DNA of 53,253 bases from positions 601,020 to 654,272 of the forward strand of contig CAZNOH010000001.1 in assembly GCA_964574655.1 (NCBI GenBank), written 5' to 3'. This DNA is from an uncultured Candidatus Saccharibacteria bacterium. Its GTDB lineage: Bacteria > Patescibacteriota > JABMPQ01 > JAQVVF01. Shown piece by piece: positions 47,545 to 53,253 of this stretch; within the stretch, counting starts at the first letter, position 1, and each line of letters opens with the position of its first letter. A model generated the notes under the pieces. It was not told the DNA's origin, made no database searches, and saw only the letters and a list, made by a program, of their open reading frames with translations. The position numbers and the translations under genes are program-made.

Positions 47545-48204
47545 TTATTTTTTCTCATCTCTTTCTCTTTTGAGTCTGGAAATTTGTTCTTTTATTTCTT
47601 GAGAAACATTCAAATCAAACGGAAAATTGATAAAATAAGAAGCTGATCTGTCAGACATAGGTTTTAGTCCGCTAAGTACCACTTTCCCTTTGTGTTTTGA
47701 CAATGATTCTGCAGCATTATCTGATAATTCTTCTATGCCTTCCAAAAATAAGCTCCCTCTATGTTCTTCAAGAATATCTGCAACGTTATTAGAAATTCTT
47801 TTTAAGCTTTTAAGATCCAATACCGCACCTCTTTGCTTGAAGACTAATAACCTTGCAATATCAGTTGCCAAATATGTCATATTAAAAAAATTATCTAAAT
47901 TCCTTTCTCTAATTTCTTCCCAAATTTCCATATTTCTTTTTAGATCCGGAATTTGTCTTGCTTCCTCAATTGTCATTTCTTCTCCGCCAACGATAACTTT
48001 CAGATTGCCTAATTCTCTTTCTAAATCTAAAACAGCTTCAGCTGTAACTGGTTGATCTTGTTGAATTGCTTCAGCTAATTCGTTAGCCCTATTAACTGCT
48101 TTTTCTAATTCAGGAGTTTTGGCAAGCTCAAGTCCTGGCTCTCTAGAATTTTTTTCTGAATTTGAAATATCTTGGGAAACTAATTGTTCTCTGCTTTTTG
48201 GCAT
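47545..48204 (-). CDS. Tandem paralog 2: conserved N-domain plus degenerate LRR-like repeats
   Basis: Same N-domain; fewer repeats; ends QISRLKRERDEKK. Confidence 0.8.
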   Translation of the reverse strand: MPKSREQLVSQDISNSEKNSREPGLELAKTPELEKAVNRANELAEAIQQDQPVTAEAVLDLERELGNLKVIVGGEEMTIEEARQIPDLKRNMEIWEEIRERNLDNFFNMTYLATDIARLLVFKQRGAVLDLKSLKRISNNVADILEEHRGSLFLEGIEELSDNAAESLSKHKGKVVLSGLKPMSDRSASYFINFPFDLNVSQEIKEQISRLKRERDEKK

Positions 48205-48216
48205 ATTAAAATATAA

Positions 48217-48936
48217 TTATTTTTCCTCGTCTCTCTCTTGTTTCAGTCTGGCGATTTGATCTTTAATATCAAACGGGACTTCAATATGCTGTTGAAAATT
48301 AATAAATTGTGCAGCTCCTTTGTCTGATAGTGAGCTAAGATTGTCCATCCTAAGATTTCCAACGTGATGGCTCAAGTGCTCGGCCTGAGAATCGGACAAA
48401 GTTATAACATTTCTTAAAAATAATGTCCCGACATGATTGCCTAAACATTCTGCCTCATAGTCTGAAATTTCTCTCAACCCATCTAAAAAAAGCGGCCTGT
48501 TTTTCACTGTACCTAGAAGTTCGATTGCACTTTTAGAAAAAGAGTGGGCCTGAGGTAAAAAAATTCTCTCACTTTTTATTAGTATTTTCACAATTTCTGA
48601 ACTAACATGGGTTATTTCGGACATTCTATCATATTTTCCTGTTTTTATTTCTTCCCAAATTCTCATGTTCATTTTTAAATCTGGAATTTTTCTGGCTTCT
48701 GCCATTGTCATTTCTTCTCCGCCGATATTAACTTTTAAATTGCCTAAATCTTTTTCTAATTCCAAAACTTGTTCGGCCGTAACTGGCTTGTCTTGTTGTA
48801 TTGATTCAGCTATTTCGTTAGCCTTGCTAACTGCACTTTCTAATTGTGTATTTTGGGCAATTTCAAGACCTGACTCGCTTGATTTTATTTCTGGAGTTGA
48901 AATATCTTGTGAAACTAATTGTTCTCTGCTTGGCAT
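48217..48936 (-). CDS. Tandem paralog 1: conserved N-domain plus degenerate LRR-like repeats
   Basis: Same N-domain; repeats such as LFLDGLREISDYEAECLGNHVG; ends QIARLKQERDEEK. Confidence 0.8.
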   Translation of the reverse strand: MPSREQLVSQDISTPEIKSSESGLEIAQNTQLESAVSKANEIAESIQQDKPVTAEQVLELEKDLGNLKVNIGGEEMTMAEARKIPDLKMNMRIWEEIKTGKYDRMSEITHVSSEIVKILIKSERIFLPQAHSFSKSAIELLGTVKNRPLFLDGLREISDYEAECLGNHVGTLFLRNVITLSDSQAEHLSHHVGNLRMDNLSSLSDKGAAQFINFQQHIEVPFDIKDQIARLKQERDEEK

Positions 48937-48947
48937 ACAAATTAAAA

Positions 48948-49063
48948 TATTCGCTAATAATTTGCGAATATTTGCTAATCATTTGCTAATAAAACTAATT
49001 TTATGGTCATGTTTTTATACTTTATTAGCAAAATATTCGCAAATATTAGCAAACTATTAGCGA
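48948..49063. repeat. Intergenic inverted array (TTTGCTAAT/ATTAGCAAA type)
   Basis: attcgctaataatttgcgaatatttgctaat ... attagcaaaatattcgcaaatattagcaaactattagcga. Confidence 0.8.
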
Positions 49064-49066
49064 TGT

Positions 49067-49861
49067 TTAAAATACAAATGTTTCCCACCATGGTTTTTCT
49101 ACTGATATCTTGCCATTATTTGCATTCATTTTGGCTATTAAATCAAAGTTCGTATCAAACATCCACAGAATTTTGCCTCTTATATTTAGCTTGACCTGAT
49201 ATTCTAAAATATTATTAACTAAAGATAAATCTGCACTTTTAATGTCATAATCTTTATAACCGTCTATGGCTTTTTTGAACAAAACATCTTGAAAGAAATT
49301 GATTGGATAGTCATTGTCTTGTTTCATAGCTGAAAAAGCTCCATCTTGGATTCTCAAATTTAGATCAGTTGAAACATAATATTGCTGGCTTTTTATTTTT
49401 ATTTTTGATCCTTCAGAAGTTAAAGTAATCTTGCCGTCAGGTGCGCTTTTGAGCTTGAAACGAAAAATCGGATTGCCGGTAAAACTATAAAGTTTATTTT
49501 TATATTCAAAAGTATTTGCTTCAGAAACAAAAAATACAAATGGCTCTTTTATGAATTCTTTAACATAGAAAATTGGCTGACCATTTTCTTGTGGCAAAAT
49601 ACTGGAATTAATCTCAACAATACTCTGCCCATTTTTTTCTATGGTATCAACAATAATATTGTCTAAAGCTGGTAAAAAATCTTTGATTTCAGCAACTTGC
49701 TTTTCATTTTCTTTTTTTTGATCTGCGATGTCTTGTTTTATTTTGTTGCCAATTTCTTCTGGAGTCGGTTCATTTATTTGTGGATCAATAGCTTTTGCAA
49801 GACATGAAAAATTAATTGCAAATGAAAAAATAATTAGAATAAATAATAATCTTATTCTCAT
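49067..49861 (-). CDS. Secreted hypothetical protein
   Basis: Signal peptide (AKA/I); C-terminal KILW.F...KPWW..F motif; ATGA overlap with the response regulator. Confidence 0.7.
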   Translation of the reverse strand: MRIRLLFILIIFSFAINFSCLAKAIDPQINEPTPEEIGNKIKQDIADQKKENEKQVAEIKDFLPALDNIIVDTIEKNGQSIVEINSSILPQENGQPIFYVKEFIKEPFVFFVSEANTFEYKNKLYSFTGNPIFRFKLKSAPDGKITLTSEGSKIKIKSQQYYVSTDLNLRIQDGAFSAMKQDNDYPINFFQDVLFKKAIDGYKDYDIKSADLSLVNNILEYQVKLNIRGKILWMFDTNFDLIAKMNANNGKISVEKPWWETFVF

Positions 49862-50238
49862 TTTTTTGTTTTATTGACTAAATCTTTTAATTTTTTTATG
49901 ACTTCTTCCAATGAATAATCGGTTTTTATTAGATAGTCATCTGCTCCAAGTTTTTTACCTTTTTCAACATTTTCTTTATCGCCCAGGTTCGTTAAAATTA
50001 TAACTGGAATGTCTTTTGTCTCTGGCTTGCTTTTAATTCTACGCAAAACTTCAAAGCCATCAATGCCTGGAAGCAATAAATCTAGGATAACAATGTCTGG
50101 CTTTTGATTTTCTAAAGCTTGCAATCCTTTTTCACCATCTATTGCCTCAATTACTTCAAAATCATTATGTGATAACTCGGCCTTAAGCGCGTACAAAAGA
50201 GCTGCTTCGTCTTCAACGATCAATATTTTTGTTGGCAT
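49858..50238 (-). CDS. Stand-alone response regulator receiver
   Basis: ILIVEDE, PD.V.LDLLLP..DG, T and GADDYL.K motifs. Confidence 0.95.
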   Translation of the reverse strand: MPTKILIVEDEAALLYALKAELSHNDFEVIEAIDGEKGLQALENQKPDIVILDLLLPGIDGFEVLRRIKSKPETKDIPVIILTNLGDKENVEKGKKLGADDYLIKTDYSLEEVIKKLKDLVNKTKK

Positions 50239-50243
50239 AGCTA

Positions 50244-50312
50244 TATTGTTAAATTGCTAAATGGCTAAATTGTTAATTGCAAATAACTTAGCAACAAAAC
50301 AATTTAACGATT
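50244..50312. repeat. Inverted octamer array (AATTGCTA/AATTGTTA type); similar one-arm copies near 4367-4390, 17977-18010 and 34891-34930
   Basis: tattgttaaattgctaaatggctaaattgtta ... tagcaacaaaacaatttaacgat. Confidence 0.65.
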
Positions 50313-50314
50313 AC

Positions 50315-51646
50315 TTATTTTAAATTTGTAGGCAGTTGAATATAAAATGTTGTACCTTGATTTTTTTTTGATTCAAACCAAATCTTGCCTTTATGCGCTT
50401 CAACAATTTTTTTGGCGATGTATAACCCAAGTCCTGTGCCATGAACTGACAAGAGCCTGGCATTTTCACTGCGATGGAATTTAACAAAAATTTTTGATTG
50501 TTCTGCTTCTGGGATACCGATGCCCGAATCTGTGACCGAAAATTTTATTTTGTCGCCTTCTTTTGAAGCTTTTATTTGGACTGAACCATTTTCAGGCGTA
50601 TATTTTACAGCATTATCAATGATATTTTGAACAACAATTTTTATTTTTTCTGGATCTAGATTTGCCTTTTCAAAATCTTCCTTATTAAAACTAACTTTTA
50701 CTTTCTTGCTAAATGCTTGAGCTTGAATATCTTTGATCGTATTTTCAACTATTTCAGTAAAACTGATCGGCGAAAGTTCTAAGCCGTTCTTGCCTTCTTC
50801 AATGCGCGATACGTTCAGAAGACTTTGGACGGTTTTAATCATTCTTTCGTTTGATTCGCTCATTTGAGTCAACACTTTTGTTTGTTCCTCAGAAAACGCG
50901 CCAATCCTGCCACGCAATAAAACTTCAAGAAGCCACTTTAAACTAGAGAGCGGGCTTCTTAATTGATGCGATGCCAAAGATATGAATTCAGACTTCATTT
51001 GTTCTATTTCTTTTTCTTTAGTGGAATCATGCAAAACTTTTACGAAGCCGATAAAAGTACCTCGACTATCATAAACAGGAGAAGTTGTTATTTTTAGATA
51101 TCTTTTTTCTGGAGATTCTATTAAAATTTTCTCTTCAATTGTTTTGAGATTTGTTGGACTTTCAGGAATTTTTTTAATGATCTTTTTTAGATTGGGAAAT
51201 TGATTTATCTCGCTTTCAAATGTTTTTAATCCTACGACTTGCTCCTTTTTAATGCCTAAATATTTTTCTGCACTTGGATTAAGCAATATAATATTATAGG
51301 TATTATCAAGCATCAATAAACCATCGGAAAGATTCATTATAATGGATTCAGTTTTCTTTTTTTCACGTTCAGCAATAATTTTTGCTTCGGTAATCTTACC
51401 GATTCCTTGCGTGATTAAATAGCCAGTAATAATTAAAATAATTGTAATTGCAACAACGCTAAAGACAACAAATTCTGGAGATGTGTAAATGTTTGTTAAG
51501 ATATACGTAGTGATCATGACAACTATTGTAATAATTCCAGTAACTAAAAAAAGAAAGCTCGGACATTCCCATAGCTTAAGATTATTTTTGTAGCAATCAG
51601 GAAAAATCGTACAATATAATGTTTTTTTGTTTATTTTATCTGCCAC
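50315..51646 (-). CDS. Membrane sensor histidine kinase with PAS domain
   Basis: Two TM helices, PAS domain, SHQLRSPL H-box, N..DNA.KY, D.G.GI, F.KF.R and GTGLGL boxes. Confidence 0.95.
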   Translation of the reverse strand: MADKINKKTLYCTIFPDCYKNNLKLWECPSFLFLVTGIITIVVMITTYILTNIYTSPEFVVFSVVAITIILIITGYLITQGIGKITEAKIIAEREKKKTESIIMNLSDGLLMLDNTYNIILLNPSAEKYLGIKKEQVVGLKTFESEINQFPNLKKIIKKIPESPTNLKTIEEKILIESPEKRYLKITTSPVYDSRGTFIGFVKVLHDSTKEKEIEQMKSEFISLASHQLRSPLSSLKWLLEVLLRGRIGAFSEEQTKVLTQMSESNERMIKTVQSLLNVSRIEEGKNGLELSPISFTEIVENTIKDIQAQAFSKKVKVSFNKEDFEKANLDPEKIKIVVQNIIDNAVKYTPENGSVQIKASKEGDKIKFSVTDSGIGIPEAEQSKIFVKFHRSENARLLSVHGTGLGLYIAKKIVEAHKGKIWFESKKNQGTTFYIQLPTNLK

Positions 51647-51719
51647 AGATTTTTATTACTTAATATTATTAGTTTAGCATATTATTTAATAAAATAAAAA
51701 CAAGCTATAAGCTTGCTAG

Positions 51720-52970
51720 TTAGTCTCTAAGTTCAAAGGAACATTTTTTTGCACATTCATCAGCTTCTTGTATAATTTGAGCGACAATTGGAATATTATC
51801 CGTATTAGTTGGTATGTCAATAATGCTCCGTTGTTTTTCACGGCAATCGCTTTTACATTCTCGCATTTCTGCTTGACAGGAAATTTTGGATTCAACTTCA
51901 TGAATTGAAGCTAAATTCTTACTCAAGAGTGATTGCATGATTTGTGAACTAGCGCTTGCAAAGGCTCTTTTGAAGCAAATTCGGACATATGGTATTCTAG
52001 AAAATACAACTTTTTCTTTGTCTGAAGAAATAAACTGTGGCCCTTCTTGATCATCGGCATAGAATGCAGCGCTTCCTTCTTTAACCCATTCTGGCAGTTC
52101 TGTCCAAAAATCTATTCCATAAGATGAACACATGACAGCGTGGGCTATTTCATGCTTGAAAGTTTGCCTAAGGATTGATTCTTTTGATTGCGATTTTGAT
52201 CTAAGCATTGTTGAAGGCATACCAAGATAATTGCAAGGGATTGTGATGGCTTGCACGCTTTCATCTAATCCAAGATAACTATTTAACTGATCAGAATTTT
52301 CATAGAATTTAACTACATATAGGCGATAATCAACTGCAACGCCATTTTGGCTCATAAATATTCTAATGCTGCGTAATTCTGAAGAAACAATTCTAAAAAT
52401 AGCCTCGCGAAGATTTTGAAAAGCAGATTTGGGAATTTTTACAATTATTTGCTTATCCACCAAATAATAATCGTAGCCGGCATCATCGAGCCTGATTATT
52501 TCTTGAATATGAAAGATGTGTTTAGAGTTTTCACTATTCTGATCTTCTGCCTGCCATTTTTGCAGACCGTAGGTGAATTTATAATAATCGCATTTATTTG
52601 CAAAAATAGGACTTAAATCCTGAGGTGTGGGATTAAAGGGAATTTGAAAATACTTGAAGTATGGACAGTTTTGATCGGCGCTGGAGTAAAAAATTTCTTC
52701 AACTTGGTAGCTAGGCTGGACCGGTGCTTTTTCAAATTTTAAGGCTTGAAAAAGCGGTTTGAGTCCAATGAACAATAGAAAAAAAGCTAAAATAAGTAAA
52801 GCACCAATAGATAAGCGGGAGATATTGGTGAGTGTTTCTTTTTTACCTTTGCATGAATAACATGGGATTGTTTCTTCCTGATAAGAATACTCAAGACGTT
52901 GTTTTATTTCACCTATGCCCTCACATTCACTGCATTTTTCAAACATCAGACTGCGAAATTTTAAAAACAT
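51720..52970 (-). CDS. Orphan membrane-anchored zinc metallopeptidase-like protein (MA clan), SD-led
   Basis: AAGGAGGAGG before ATG 52970; CSECEGIG...CYSCKG zinc finger; TM helix; HEIAH and PEWVKEGSA motifs; promoter TTGCCA-17-TATACT (53032-53060); terminator at 51696-51715. Confidence 0.75.
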   Translation of the reverse strand: MFLKFRSLMFEKCSECEGIGEIKQRLEYSYQEETIPCYSCKGKKETLTNISRLSIGALLILAFFLLFIGLKPLFQALKFEKAPVQPSYQVEEIFYSSADQNCPYFKYFQIPFNPTPQDLSPIFANKCDYYKFTYGLQKWQAEDQNSENSKHIFHIQEIIRLDDAGYDYYLVDKQIIVKIPKSAFQNLREAIFRIVSSELRSIRIFMSQNGVAVDYRLYVVKFYENSDQLNSYLGLDESVQAITIPCNYLGMPSTMLRSKSQSKESILRQTFKHEIAHAVMCSSYGIDFWTELPEWVKEGSAAFYADDQEGPQFISSDKEKVVFSRIPYVRICFKRAFASASSQIMQSLLSKNLASIHEVESKISCQAEMRECKSDCREKQRSIIDIPTNTDNIPIVAQIIQEADECAKKCSFELRD

Positions 52971-53122
52971 ATCCTCCTCCTTTTTTCTTGGCTTGCATTT
53001 TTTGAAAGAACTTGCTTTATCGGCGCTAATTAGTATAGCTTGGATTTTTATTTTTGGCAACAAAAAAAGAAGTCTGCGCTTCTAATTCATGAAACTTATA
53101 AGTAAATTGCGTAATAGATTTT

Positions 53123-53197
53123 TACCCCTAACCGGAATTGAACCGGTGATTAAAATTTTCTGGGAAAATTTTAATTGGTTGAGAACCAAATTCTTGA
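53123..53197 (-). tRNA. Atypical or partial tRNA-Glu(CUC)-like element
   Basis: T arm ACCGG-TTCAATT-CCGGT, acceptor 3' strand TAGGGGT-A, anticodon arm TTGG-TTCTCAA-CCAA, 12-bp hairpin in the variable region; 5' acceptor strand not found within the window. Confidence 0.5.
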
Positions 53198-53253
53198 TTA
53201 TCACTTTACAACCACGCTCGCACCTATTTCACCCAAAACTACTAAAAAATATG

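Noticed and set aside
46790..48936. Possible diversity-generating retroelement targets
   Set aside because: No reverse transcriptase or template/variable repeat pair is present, and differences are not confined to adenines
1108..52616. Numerous short ORFs in the track that are antisense to, or nested in, long genes (e.g. 1108, 4544, 22716, 36731, 40033, 47690, 48665)
   Set aside because: They are shadows of well-supported genes, with no motifs or independent expression signals
53123..53253. tmRNA 3' end
   Set aside because: The acceptor strand TAGGGGTA lacks the alanine-type end, and a CUC anticodon arm is present

Overview
AT-rich bacterial chromosome segment, almost entirely coded on the - strand. 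Gene content and style point to a Patescibacteria/CPR genome (inference): compact ProRS and AlaRS, a VirD4-like gene pair, a sigma70-r4/HARE-HTH protein, an FtsA-like gene next to a 'baseplate J-like' gene, and core genes without Shine-Dalgarno (SD) sites. Core blocks are holB-lipoprotein-frr-rseP-proS-mreBCD-mrdA-folD; murA-mreB paralog-GT4; infA-rpmJ-rpsM-rpsK-rpsD-rpoA-rplQ-rplM-rpsI; mnmA-alaS; hrcA(CIRCE)-grpE-orphan-dnaK-dnaJ; a two-component pair; and tRNA-Lys. The most interesting signals are: (1) a DUF3800 (RNase H-like) gene paired tail-to-tail with a self-contained ~100-nt structured ncRNA that has its own promoter and terminator; (2) five stand-alone orphan transcription units sharing a promoter, a boxA-like motif, a strong SD and a terminator, whereas the core genes lack SDs; (3) GTAG/GTGG REP-type palindromes, two of them inside alaS and mnmA without breaking the frame; (4) many intergenic inverted arrays of 7-9-nt repeats; (5) three tandem paralogs with conserved ends and a variable LRR-like core; (6) an unannotated 57-aa secreted peptide; (7) long hairpin leaders at infA and tRNA-Lys, and an atypical tRNA-Glu-like element at the window edge. 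No CRISPR array, transposase, integrase or reverse transcriptase was found.
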